A stretch of 64,000 bases of DNA from an uncultured Pseudomonadales bacterium. Lineage in GTDB: Bacteria > Pseudomonadota > Gammaproteobacteria > Pseudomonadales > UBA7239. Positions 48,027 to 56,508 of this stretch are shown here, one piece after another. The notes under the pieces are model-generated. The model ran no database searches. It saw only the letters and a program-made list of their open reading frames with translations, and was not told where the DNA came from. The DNA lies in contig CAZDWC010000009.1 in the NCBI GenBank assembly GCA_964509075.1, positions 63,842 through 127,841 on the forward strand. Reading direction: 5' to 3'. Within the stretch, counting starts at the first letter, position 1. The number at the start of each line of letters is the position of its first letter. A program made the position numbers and the translations under genes.

Positions 48027-48197
48027 ATGTATTTTGAATCCGTGCACGACCTGTTGTTCATGAACGGGCATGGTGTTTATGTCTGGGGTGCCTATGGCAT
48101 CGGTTTCGTCGTGTTGGTGGCGCTGGTGTGGCAGCCCCTGGCAAGACACGCACAGCTGCGCCAGCAAATCCTGCGTCAACTGCAACAGGAGCAATAA
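48027..48197 (+). CDS. ccmD: heme exporter protein CcmD
   Basis: 56-aa ORF, below the ORF-track cutoff: MYFESVHDLLFMNGHGVYVWGAYGIGFVVLVALVWQPLARHAQLRQQILRQLQQEQ. A single TM segment in the canonical slot between ccmC and ccmE. Confidence 0.75.
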   Translation: MYFESVHDLLFMNGHGVYVWGAYGIGFVVLVALVWQPLARHAQLRQQILRQLQQEQ

Positions 48198-48200
48198 GCC

Positions 48201-48647
48201 ATGCATCCGGTTCGCAAACAGCGCCTGTTGGTGATTCTGGCTATCGTGATTACATCCAGTGCTGCCGTTGGTTTGCTGGTGTATTCGTTGCGCCAGAACA
48301 TGAATCTTTTCTTTCCGCCGGCAGACATGTTGAACGGCAAGGCTCCGCTGAATCGTGAAATCCGTCTCGGTGGTTTTGTCGACAAAGGCAGCGTACAGCG
48401 CACTACTGCCAATCTTGAAGTGCGCTTTGCCATCGGTGACGGCAACCACAGTGTGCCGGTGCTGTATACCGGCATCCTGCCGGATCTGTTTGCAGAAGAG
48501 CAGGCCGCGATTGCCAAGGGCAAATGGGATGGCAAGATTTTTGTCGCGACAGAAGTGCTGGCCAAGCATGATGAAAACTACACGCCGCCCGAAATTCTCG
48601 ATAGCATGAAAAAAATGGGGCCGAAACCGGCCATGCATCGTCAGTGA
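48201..48647 (+). CDS. ccmE: cytochrome c maturation heme chaperone CcmE
   Basis: 148 aa. N-terminal anchor, OB-fold and the heme-binding LAKHDENY motif. Confidence 0.93.
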   Translation: MHPVRKQRLLVILAIVITSSAAVGLLVYSLRQNMNLFFPPADMLNGKAPLNREIRLGGFVDKGSVQRTTANLEVRFAIGDGNHSVPVLYTGILPDLFAEEQAAIAKGKWDGKIFVATEVLAKHDENYTPPEILDSMKKMGPKPAMHRQ

Positions 48648-48657
48648 TTATTTCTGA

Positions 48658-48763
48658 GCTGTCTTGCGGGAATGTTTACGTGACACGCAGCAAGTACATC
48701 CCTGTATGCTCGTACGCCGACTTCCTGTCGGCGACGGTCACTCCAACACACCCGCAAGACAGC
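48658..48763. repeat. structured intergenic element between ccmE and ccmF
   Basis: A perfect 13-bp inverted repeat, GCTGTCTTGCGGG (48658-48670) and CCCGCAAGACAGC (48751-48763), encloses 80 nt. These include an inner hairpin CGCCGAC-ttcct-GTCGGCG (48715-48733). Confidence 0.6.
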
Positions 48764-48777
48764 CATAGACGATATCC

Positions 48778-50739
48778 ATGATTCCAGAACTCGGTCTTTA
48801 CTGCCTTATCCTCGCTTTCTGTCTCGCCATTGCGCAAGCAATATTGCCGATGGCGGGCAGTTTCCTGCAAGTGCAACGCTGGATGCGCTTGTCAGTACCG
48901 CTCGCATTGCTGATGTGTGCATTGCTGTCATTGAGTTTTGCCGCGCTGGTTTACAGCTTTGTCAGTGATGATTTTTCAGTGGCTTATGTCGCGGCCAATT
49001 CCAACACGCAGTTGCCGGTGTACTACAAGATCAGCGCCACCTGGGGTGCACACGAAGGCTCGCTGTTGTTGTGGGTGTTGATACTCACCTTGTGGATGGC
49101 GGTATTTGCACTCACATCATCAGCCCTGCCGCTGGTATTGCGCGCGCGCATTTTGTCAGTGCTGGGTATGGTCGGCTCCGGCTTTACGGCTTTCACTCTG
49201 TTCACTTCGAATCCATTTGCGCGCGAACTGCCATTCACGCCGCAGGAAGGCGCCGATCTCAATCCGCTGCTGCAGGATTTTGGTTTGATTATTCATCCGC
49301 CTGTTTTATACGCGGGTTATGTCGGCTTTGCGGTGCCATTTGCCTTTGCCATCGCCGCCTTGCTGCAAGGTTCGATTGATAATTCCTGGACGCGCTGGAT
49401 ACGTCCATGGGTCAACACGGCATGGGCATTTCTCACCATAGGCATTGCCCTCGGCAGCTGGTGGGCGTATTACGAACTGGGTTGGGGCGGCTGGTGGTTC
49501 TGGGATCCGGTGGAAAATGCGTCTTTCATGCCGTGGCTGGCAGGTACGGCCTTGTTGCACGCGCTGGCGGCGACGGACAAACGCAAGCTGTTCGGCAACT
49601 GGACTTTGTTGCTTGCTATTTTTGCATTTTCACTGAGTTTGCTAGGTACTTTTCTGGTGCGCTCGGGCGTACTGACGTCTGTGCACGCGTTTGCCAGTGA
49701 CCCGTCGCGCGGTTATTTCATTCTGGTATTTCTGGCGATAGTCGTCGGCGGTTCACTCACTTTGTTTGCCTTGCGTGCACCGACGCAGCCGACATCAAGC
49801 TACAACTTTTTTTCGCGTGACATGTTCATGCTGCTGGTCAGTAGCGCAATGACATTGATTCTGGCAACGGTCTGTCTGGGTACCTTGTATCCGCTGATTG
49901 CCGATGCACTGGATCTTGGGAAAATTTCCGTCGGGCCTCCGTATTTCAACCGCTTTTTCCTGCCGTTGATGGGCGGTGTGCTGTTGCTATTGCCTCTGGG
50001 CAATCACCTGCATTGGCAGGATGAGAGCAAATGGCCTGCATTGTTGTTATGGGCAAGGCAGCCTGCAGTGTTTGCGTTGTTGATTGCGCCATTGCTGTTG
50101 CTGGCACTGGCGCTACCATTCACGCTGTTGGGTGTGATGGGTGCATGGGTCGGCTTGTGGGTCATCATCAGCACCTTGCTGGATATTCGTCACAAGACGC
50201 GTAATGCGCATTCATTTGTTTCAGGTCTGCGTCATCTGCGTGCAAGCTACTGGGGCATGTGTATTGCACACGTCGGCATTGCTGTCAGTGCACTGGGGAT
50301 TGTCTTGACATCCATCGGTAGTGAGCAGCGTGAATTGCGTCTTGCTCCCGGTGAAACAGCAAGCGTCGCCGGTTACGATTTTCGTTTTGACTCTATGCAG
50401 AAGAAAATTGGCCCCAATTATGTTTCCAGCGCGGCAGCTTTTTATATTTCATCGCCTGGTGGCGACTTGTTTGTGTTGCATCCGGAGAAACGTCGCTATC
50501 TGGCCAGAAACAGCATGATGACCGAGGCGGGCATACAACCAGGCTTTACGCGTGATCTCTATGTGTCATTGGGTGAGGCGCTGGAGCCCGAACTCGGAGA
50601 GCGCAGTGCCTGGTCGGTGCGGATGCATGTGAAACCCGCCGTGCGCTGGATCTGGTTGGGCGCCATCCTCATGGCATTGGGCAGTACGCTGTCGGTGCTC
50701 GACAAACGCTATCGCCATAAATCACTCGTCGCTGAATAG
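48778..50739 (+). CDS. ccmF: cytochrome c-type biogenesis heme lyase subunit CcmF
   Basis: 653 aa polytopic protein with the WWD-type motif (WGGWWFWDPVENASF). Confidence 0.95.
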   Translation: MIPELGLYCLILAFCLAIAQAILPMAGSFLQVQRWMRLSVPLALLMCALLSLSFAALVYSFVSDDFSVAYVAANSNTQLPVYYKISATWGAHEGSLLLWVLILTLWMAVFALTSSALPLVLRARILSVLGMVGSGFTAFTLFTSNPFARELPFTPQEGADLNPLLQDFGLIIHPPVLYAGYVGFAVPFAFAIAALLQGSIDNSWTRWIRPWVNTAWAFLTIGIALGSWWAYYELGWGGWWFWDPVENASFMPWLAGTALLHALAATDKRKLFGNWTLLLAIFAFSLSLLGTFLVRSGVLTSVHAFASDPSRGYFILVFLAIVVGGSLTLFALRAPTQPTSSYNFFSRDMFMLLVSSAMTLILATVCLGTLYPLIADALDLGKISVGPPYFNRFFLPLMGGVLLLLPLGNHLHWQDESKWPALLLWARQPAVFALLIAPLLLLALALPFTLLGVMGAWVGLWVIISTLLDIRHKTRNAHSFVSGLRHLRASYWGMCIAHVGIAVSALGIVLTSIGSEQRELRLAPGETASVAGYDFRFDSMQKKIGPNYVSSAAAFYISSPGGDLFVLHPEKRRYLARNSMMTEAGIQPGFTRDLYVSLGEALEPELGERSAWSVRMHVKPAVRWIWLGAILMALGSTLSVLDKRYRHKSLVAE

Positions 50740-50764
50740 CCTGTTACTGAATAATTTGCTGATC

Positions 50765-51286
50765 ATGAATCGTCTGAAACTGTTTTTGCCGCTTATTGTT
50801 TTTGCCGTGATTGCATTGTTCCTGATGCGCGGCCTGAAACTCGATCCTGCAGCCATGCCCAGTGCCTTGTTGAACAAACCGTGGCCGGTGTTTTCCTTGC
50901 CGGATTTGCAGACGGGCAATGTGCTCACGGAGAAAAACCTGCAGGGTCGCAAGGCGCTGGTCAATGTCTGGGCGACCTGGTGTGTCACCTGCCGTGTCGA
51001 GCATCCGTACCTGATGCAATTGGCGCAGCAGGGCGTGATCATTTACGGCGTGAGTTACAAGGACAACAACAGCGAAGCGCAAAAATGGCTACAGGAAAAA
51101 GGCAATCCCTTCCAGTTCACGATTGTGGATGCCGATGGGCGTCTGGGAATTGATCTCGGCGTATTTGGTGCACCGGAAACCTATTTCGTGGATGCAAAAG
51201 GCGTTATCCGTTACAAGCATGTCGGCGACCTTAACGCCCGTGTCTGGAGTGAAAAGCTGAAGGCTGTCTGGGACGGGATGCCTTGA
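50765..51286 (+). CDS. ccmG: thiol:disulfide interchange protein DsbE/CcmG
   Basis: N-terminal anchor and a thioredoxin fold with WATWCVTCRVEHP (WCxxC). TTG 50756 is an alternative start. Confidence 0.9.
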   Translation: MNRLKLFLPLIVFAVIALFLMRGLKLDPAAMPSALLNKPWPVFSLPDLQTGNVLTEKNLQGRKALVNVWATWCVTCRVEHPYLMQLAQQGVIIYGVSYKDNNSEAQKWLQEKGNPFQFTIVDADGRLGIDLGVFGAPETYFVDAKGVIRYKHVGDLNARVWSEKLKAVWDGMP

Positions 51287-51291
51287 GTTGC

Positions 51292-51364
51292 CTGTAGCAG
51301 GTCGGGCTCTGGACAAACCTACGCACAATTCTGTAGTGGACAGCCTCGGGGCAAATCCCTACGC
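51292..51364. repeat. two tandem REP-like units
   Basis: CTGTAG-N20-CAAACCTACGC (51292-51324) and CTGTAG-N18-CAAATCCCTACGC (51331-51364). The termini are shared and the cores have diverged. They lie just after the ccmG stop. Confidence 0.45.
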
Positions 51365-51519
51365 TAGCGGCCACCTGAAAACTGGCCAATGTGGCCATTT
51401 TCCTTGACAGAATAGGGTCTTTGCCGAGTCGGAGTTGTATCGCGTACAGATCACTAACATTTTGATTCTATTGGATTTTCATTAACCTGCAGTTTTTCAT
51501 TAACCAGAGGAGATAACGC

Positions 51520-51984
51520 ATGGCTAACTCGCCTGCCGCAGCCCAGCACGATGACGACGTGTTGCGCGACGGCTTTGAACTGGGTTTCACCTATACGCGT
51601 TCCACCGGCCCCGTGATCGGCGCCTTTCTGACCGGCCTGCGCGACGGCAAGATCGTCGGCATCAAGGGCAGCAATGGCAAAGTGATCTGCCCACCGACCG
51701 AGTACGACCCGCAAACGTCTGAAGAACTGACCGAGATGGTCGATCTGCCGTCTACCGGCACGGTCAAGACCTGGAGCTGGATCAGCAAGCCACACGCCAA
51801 GCATGTGCTGACCCAGCCATTCGCCTGGGCTCTGATCCAGATCGACGGTGCCGACACCAGCCTCCTGCACAAAGTGGATGCAGGCTCTGAAGCCAACATG
51901 AAAACCGGCATGAAAGTGAAAGTGCGTTGGGCTGCGGATCGTCGCGGTTTCATCACTGACATTGAATGCTTTGAACCGGCTTGA
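51520..51984 (+). CDS. DUF35 OB-fold protein (degenerate Zn-ribbon)
   Basis: 154 aa. DUF35 pattern (FLTGLRDGKIVGIKGSNGKVICPP...TGTVKTWSWI...MKTGMKVKVRW). Only one Cys lies in the ribbon region. Confidence 0.8.
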   Translation: MANSPAAAQHDDDVLRDGFELGFTYTRSTGPVIGAFLTGLRDGKIVGIKGSNGKVICPPTEYDPQTSEELTEMVDLPSTGTVKTWSWISKPHAKHVLTQPFAWALIQIDGADTSLLHKVDAGSEANMKTGMKVKVRWAADRRGFITDIECFEPA

Positions 51985-51995
51985 GGAGAGTAGCA

Positions 51996-52523
51996 ATGAG
52001 CGAACAAAAGCCTGTAGAAATCATTGATTCACCGGTGTACATGCAATACAGCTTTGCTGCCGGCCGTGCCACCTCCAACTTCCTGCGTTCCATCAAGGAA
52101 GGCAAACTGGTAGGTCAGCGTTCGTCAGTCACGGGAAAAGTGATCGTGCCACCACGCGGCGCAGATCCTGAAACCGGCACGCCGACGACAGAAGAAGTGT
52201 CCTTGCCTGAAACTGCGACGGTTATCAGCTTCACCGTGGTCTACATCCCGATTCCGAACTCCAAAGTTCAGCCTCCATTCATCGTCGCCAATATGGTGCT
52301 CGATAATTCGGACCAGACTTTTATCCACCTTGTCTCTGGTTGCGACAACAAGGATGTAAAAATTGGCACGCGCGTGAAAGCGGTGTGGCGTGACAAGAGC
52401 GAGTGGGAATACAGCTTCAACAACATCGAATACTTCCAGCCGATTGAAGGTGAAGCCCCGATCAATATCGATGAATTGAAGGCCAAGCGCCTGAAAGAAG
52501 TGGAGGCATTCAAACATGCGTGA
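51996..52523 (+). CDS. DUF35 OB-fold protein, second paralog (no Zn-ribbon Cys)
   Basis: 175 aa after GAGGAGA. The pattern is (FLRSIKEGKLVGQRSSVTGKVIVPP...ATVISFTVVY...VKIGTRVKAVW). Confidence 0.8.
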   Translation: MSEQKPVEIIDSPVYMQYSFAAGRATSNFLRSIKEGKLVGQRSSVTGKVIVPPRGADPETGTPTTEEVSLPETATVISFTVVYIPIPNSKVQPPFIVANMVLDNSDQTFIHLVSGCDNKDVKIGTRVKAVWRDKSEWEYSFNNIEYFQPIEGEAPINIDELKAKRLKEVEAFKHA

Positions 52524-53583
52524 GATTGCGATTATTGCCTATCACCAGACACCGATGGTGCGTGATGCTGGCGCAAAAAATGATGTCGAACTGGTTATGG
52601 AGGCGGTACAAGGCGCCAAGGACCAGATCGGCTTTACCAAAGACGATATCGAGTTCACCTGCTCCGGCAGCTGTGACTATCTCGGCGGTGCAGCATTTGC
52701 ATTCGTCGGCGCACTCGATGCACTCGGCGCCGTACCACCTATTTCAGAATCGCACGTGGAAATGGATGCGGCCTGGGCACTGTACGAAGCCTGGCTGAAA
52801 ATGCAGACCGGTCATTTCAACACAGCACTGATCTACGGTTTCGGTAAAAGTTCGCACGGCCCGATGCACGAAGTCCTGGCACTGCAACTGGATCCGTACT
52901 ACACACAACCGCTGTGGCCCGACCAGATCAGCATGGCAGCGCTGCAAGCGCGTGCGATGCTGGATGCCGGCAAAATCACCGAAAAACAGATGGCAGAAAT
53001 CGTGGCAAAAAGCCGTAAGAATGCCAAAAACAATCCGAATGCACAGCTGAAAGGTGATTACACGGTTGAGCAATTGCTCGCACAGCCGATGTTGTCATCA
53101 CCACTGCGCAAGCACGATTGCCCGCCGATCACCGATGGCGCTTCTGCATTGATTCTTGCCACGAAAGAAGTGGCAGAAAAAGTGCTGGCCGGCACCGGCA
53201 AACGCCCGGTGTATATCACCGGTCTCGATCACCGCATCGAATCGCACCAGCTCGGCACACGCGATCTCACGTCTTCCATGTCTACCCGCATTGCCGGTGA
53301 ACAGGCTGGCGTGAAAAAGGGCAAGGTGGATATCGCCGAACTGCACACACCGTTCAGTCACCAGGAAGTGTTGATCAAAGAGGCGCTCGGTCTCGATGAC
53401 AGCACCGTGATCAACCCGTCAGGTGGCCCGCTCGCCGGCAACATTTTCATGTCTGCCGGTCTGGATCGCATTGGTGAAGTTGCCACGCGCATCATGAAAG
53501 GCGAAGCGAATCGTGGTGTTGCTCACGCAACCAGCGGCGCTTGTCTGCAGCAAAACCTGGTCGCCGTATTGGAGGGCAAATAA
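52516..53583 (+). CDS. thiolase-fold protein (SCP-x/Ltp-like), apparently without nucleophilic Cys
   Basis: 355 aa. Thiolase-like N- and C-terminal halves (DCPPITDGASALILA, NPSGGPLAGN). The position expected for the acyl-accepting Cys reads EMDAAWAL. It overlaps the upstream gene by 8 nt. Confidence 0.8.
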   Translation: MREIAIIAYHQTPMVRDAGAKNDVELVMEAVQGAKDQIGFTKDDIEFTCSGSCDYLGGAAFAFVGALDALGAVPPISESHVEMDAAWALYEAWLKMQTGHFNTALIYGFGKSSHGPMHEVLALQLDPYYTQPLWPDQISMAALQARAMLDAGKITEKQMAEIVAKSRKNAKNNPNAQLKGDYTVEQLLAQPMLSSPLRKHDCPPITDGASALILATKEVAEKVLAGTGKRPVYITGLDHRIESHQLGTRDLTSSMSTRIAGEQAGVKKGKVDIAELHTPFSHQEVLIKEALGLDDSTVINPSGGPLAGNIFMSAGLDRIGEVATRIMKGEANRGVAHATSGACLQQNLVAVLEGK

Positions 53584-53584
53584 G

Positions 53585-54754
53585 ATGGGTAATCCTTGTG
53601 CCATCGTCGGTATCGGCCAAACTGCCAAATACCGTTCCAAAATCAAGAAATCCATGGCCGGTCTCGTACGTGAAGCCGCGCAAAATGCACTGACTGATGC
53701 TGGCTGCACCTGGGCCGACATTGATGCAGTCATCATCGGCAAAGCACCAGACTTTTTCGAAGGTGTGGTGATGCCGGAACTGTATCTGGCGGATGCACTG
53801 GGCTGCGTCGGCAAGCCGATGTTGCGTGTACACACTGCCGGTTCCGTGGGTGGTTCTACCGCAATTGTCGCCGCATCTTATATCCAGAGCGGCATGTTCA
53901 AGCGCGTGTTGACACTGGCGTATGAAAAACAGTCCGAGTCGAATGCGATGTGGGCGCTGTCTTCACAGCAACCGTTCTCGCCACACTTGAACGCCGGTGC
54001 TGGCGGTTTCTTCGCACCGATCATTCGCGAATACATGCGCCGCACCGGGGCACCGGATGACATCGGCTGTAAAGTCGCACTGAAAGATCGACGTCACGCA
54101 CTGAAAAACCCGCACGCGCACATGCATGAGCCGGAAGAAAACCTGGATCTGAAAAAATACATGGACGCGATGATGCTGTGGGAGCCACTGCGCTTCTCGG
54201 AAGTGTGCCCGTCATCCGACGGCGCCTGTGCGATGATTCTGTGCAACGAAGAACTCGCGAAAAAAGCGCCCAACAAACCGGCGTGGATTCACGGCACCGC
54301 GATGCGTTCCGAGCCAACCATGTATCCATGGCGCGAGGAAGTAAACCCGCAAGCCGGTATCGACTGCGCGAAAGATGTCTACTCACAAGCAGGCATTACC
54401 AATCCGCGCAAAGAGCTGGACATGGCGGAAGTGTACGTACCGTTTTCATGGTACGAGCCTATGTGGCTGGAGAACCTGGGCTTCGCGGAAGTCGGCGAAG
54501 GCTGGAAACTCACCGACAGCGGCGCAACCTCTCTCGATCAGGGCGGCGATATCCCTTGGAACTGCTCGGGCGGTGTATTGTCCACCAACCCGATCGGCGC
54601 ATCAGGCATGATCCGCTTTGCCGAATCCGCACTGCAGGTGCGCGGTATGGCCGGTGACCGTCAGGTGCCGGGTGCGAAGAAGGCGCTGGGCCACGCTTAC
54701 GGCGGTGGTGCGCAGTTCTTCTCCATGTGGGTGGTGGGTTCAGACAAGCCCTGA
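53585..54754 (+). CDS. thiolase-fold protein (SCP-x/Ltp-like), apparently without nucleophilic Cys
   Basis: 389 aa, with its ATG 1 nt after the upstream stop. Thiolase body (VCPSSDGACAMIL, NCSGGVLSTNPIGASG). The expected CxSG position reads HTAGSVGG and the GHP position reads TNP. Confidence 0.85.
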   Translation: MGNPCAIVGIGQTAKYRSKIKKSMAGLVREAAQNALTDAGCTWADIDAVIIGKAPDFFEGVVMPELYLADALGCVGKPMLRVHTAGSVGGSTAIVAASYIQSGMFKRVLTLAYEKQSESNAMWALSSQQPFSPHLNAGAGGFFAPIIREYMRRTGAPDDIGCKVALKDRRHALKNPHAHMHEPEENLDLKKYMDAMMLWEPLRFSEVCPSSDGACAMILCNEELAKKAPNKPAWIHGTAMRSEPTMYPWREEVNPQAGIDCAKDVYSQAGITNPRKELDMAEVYVPFSWYEPMWLENLGFAEVGEGWKLTDSGATSLDQGGDIPWNCSGGVLSTNPIGASGMIRFAESALQVRGMAGDRQVPGAKKALGHAYGGGAQFFSMWVVGSDKP

Positions 54755-54775
54755 TCGGCCTCACCCGTCTCAGAG

Positions 54776-54799
54776 AGCCCGGCAATGCCGGGCTTTTTT
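54776..54799 (+). terminator. rho-independent terminator (between convergent operons)
   Basis: AGCCCGGC-aat-GCCGGGCT followed by TTTTTT, about 20 nt after the stop at 54754. It abuts the stop of the minus-strand gene at 54798. Confidence 0.7.
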
Positions 54800-56507
54800 A
54801 TTGTGGTGTATAACGCTCGGTACAATGCATTGCCGCCAGATACCCGAACGTCATCGCCGGACCCAGGGTAGAGCCGGGGCCAGGGTAAGTGGGCAGAATC
54901 GCCGCCGCGCAGTTGCCACAAGCATACAGTCCCTCAATTGCTGAGCCGTCTTCTCGCAACACCTGCCCATGTTCGTTTATCGCCATGCCGCCCTGGGTGC
55001 CGAAATCGCCCGGATCGAGTCGCACGGCGTAAAACGGGGCTTCAATTAATGGTGCGAGGCAGGGGTTTGGCGTGACGGACGGATCGCCGTAGTAGCGGTC
55101 GTACACCGAACTGCCGCGTTGCAATTCTTCATCCACGCCTTTTGCTGCGAAGCCATTGAAACGCGCTACGGTGTTGGCAAGCCCTTGCGCGTTGATGCCT
55201 GTTTTTTGTGCGAGCAGCTCCAGTGTGTCGGCGCGTTGCAAAAACTGTTCGCCGAGAAACTCTTTCGGCAGTGACCAGTCCGGTTGCATGGATTTGTTCA
55301 TTACCGGGCCGACGATGTAGCGGGAGCGGAAACGGTTATCGAACACCATCCACGCCGGATAGCACGGGTTCTGTTCGCTATGGCGCGAAAAAAATTCCAG
55401 TTGATACGCCATGTAGTTCTGCGATTCATTGCTGATGCGCTTGCCTTGAGGATCAACTACCACGCAACCAGGTAGCGATTTTTCCATGATGCTCAGACGC
55501 GGCAGTGGTTCGCCTGGCACTTTCAGCGTCGTGCACCACCAGGCGCCGTGCATCAGGCGTGTGGCGGCACCGAGTGACTGCGCTGCGCGAATTGCGTCGC
55601 CGGTATTGCCGGGATGCGCTGCACTCCACGACGTGTTGGTCGGTTGCGGCAAATACTGTTCACGCATCGCCTGATTGTGTTCGAAACCACCGGCAGCGAG
55701 AATCACGCCGCGTGCAGCGTTCAGCGAGACTTTTTTACCGTCGCGGATTGCGGTGATGCCGCGGACGCGACCGTTTGTAACAACGAGCGATTGCAACGCG
55801 GTGTTGCGCCACAACGGGATGCCGAGATCCATCATCGACAGGCGCAAGCGTGCCACGCCGGCAGAACCGCAGGTGAGTCGACGCCCGCGTTTATTGTTTT
55901 TCCACCACGAGATATCTTTCCAGTAATCCCACAACATGCCGAGCATAGTTTTGATCCAGCCTGGGCTGCGGCTCATCAACACTTGCGCTTCTACTTGCGT
56001 GATGCCGATGCGATCAAACAGATACATCATCTGGTGATTGAGTTGCAGGAATCGCGCTTCGTCGCCGAGTTCGGAGTGGGCGAGTGGCGAGGGTTCCAGC
56101 GAGCGGTGGCCGGATCTGGCGCCGGGTCTGTCGGTGTAGTAATCCGGGTAGTGATCGAGGGATTCATAACGCACGCGTGTGTTGTCGTGCAGAAACTTCA
56201 TCATCTGCGGGGCTTGTTCAAGGTATACATCCAGCAGATGTTCCGGCACATCGCCGGTAGGAATCGTCTGGCGCAGATATTCGCGTGCATCAGCGAGTGA
56301 GTCATCCGCACCAGCCGCTTTGGCGTAGTGGTTGTTGGGGATCCACACGCCGCCACCAGACAGCGCACTGGTGCCGCCGAACTTTTCACATTTCTCGATC
56401 AGTAGTACGCGCTGTGCGCCGCTCAGTTTGGCGGTGATCGCGGCTGTCATACCGCCGTTGCCGGAGCCGACAACAATCACATCCCAGTCTGTTTGTTCTG
56501 CACTCAT
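54798..56507 (-). CDS. FAD-dependent oxidoreductase, 3-ketosteroid-delta1-dehydrogenase (KstD)-like
   Basis: 569 aa. DVIVVGSGNGGMTAA FAD motif, FGGTSALSGGGVWIPNN and a C-terminal GLYACGNCAA. Fumarate reductase/KstD-type flavoprotein. Confidence 0.85.
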   Translation of the reverse strand: MSAEQTDWDVIVVGSGNGGMTAAITAKLSGAQRVLLIEKCEKFGGTSALSGGGVWIPNNHYAKAAGADDSLADAREYLRQTIPTGDVPEHLLDVYLEQAPQMMKFLHDNTRVRYESLDHYPDYYTDRPGARSGHRSLEPSPLAHSELGDEARFLQLNHQMMYLFDRIGITQVEAQVLMSRSPGWIKTMLGMLWDYWKDISWWKNNKRGRRLTCGSAGVARLRLSMMDLGIPLWRNTALQSLVVTNGRVRGITAIRDGKKVSLNAARGVILAAGGFEHNQAMREQYLPQPTNTSWSAAHPGNTGDAIRAAQSLGAATRLMHGAWWCTTLKVPGEPLPRLSIMEKSLPGCVVVDPQGKRISNESQNYMAYQLEFFSRHSEQNPCYPAWMVFDNRFRSRYIVGPVMNKSMQPDWSLPKEFLGEQFLQRADTLELLAQKTGINAQGLANTVARFNGFAAKGVDEELQRGSSVYDRYYGDPSVTPNPCLAPLIEAPFYAVRLDPGDFGTQGGMAINEHGQVLREDGSAIEGLYACGNCAAAILPTYPGPGSTLGPAMTFGYLAAMHCTERYTPQ

Positions 56508-56508
56508 C

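Noticed and set aside
51381-51400. Two TGGCCA hexamers 9 bp apart upstream of the DUF35/thiolase operon, as a possible operator
   Set aside because: Each hexamer is a self-complementary 6-mer, but the pair is short and forms no extended symmetric site. The evidence is too weak to call.
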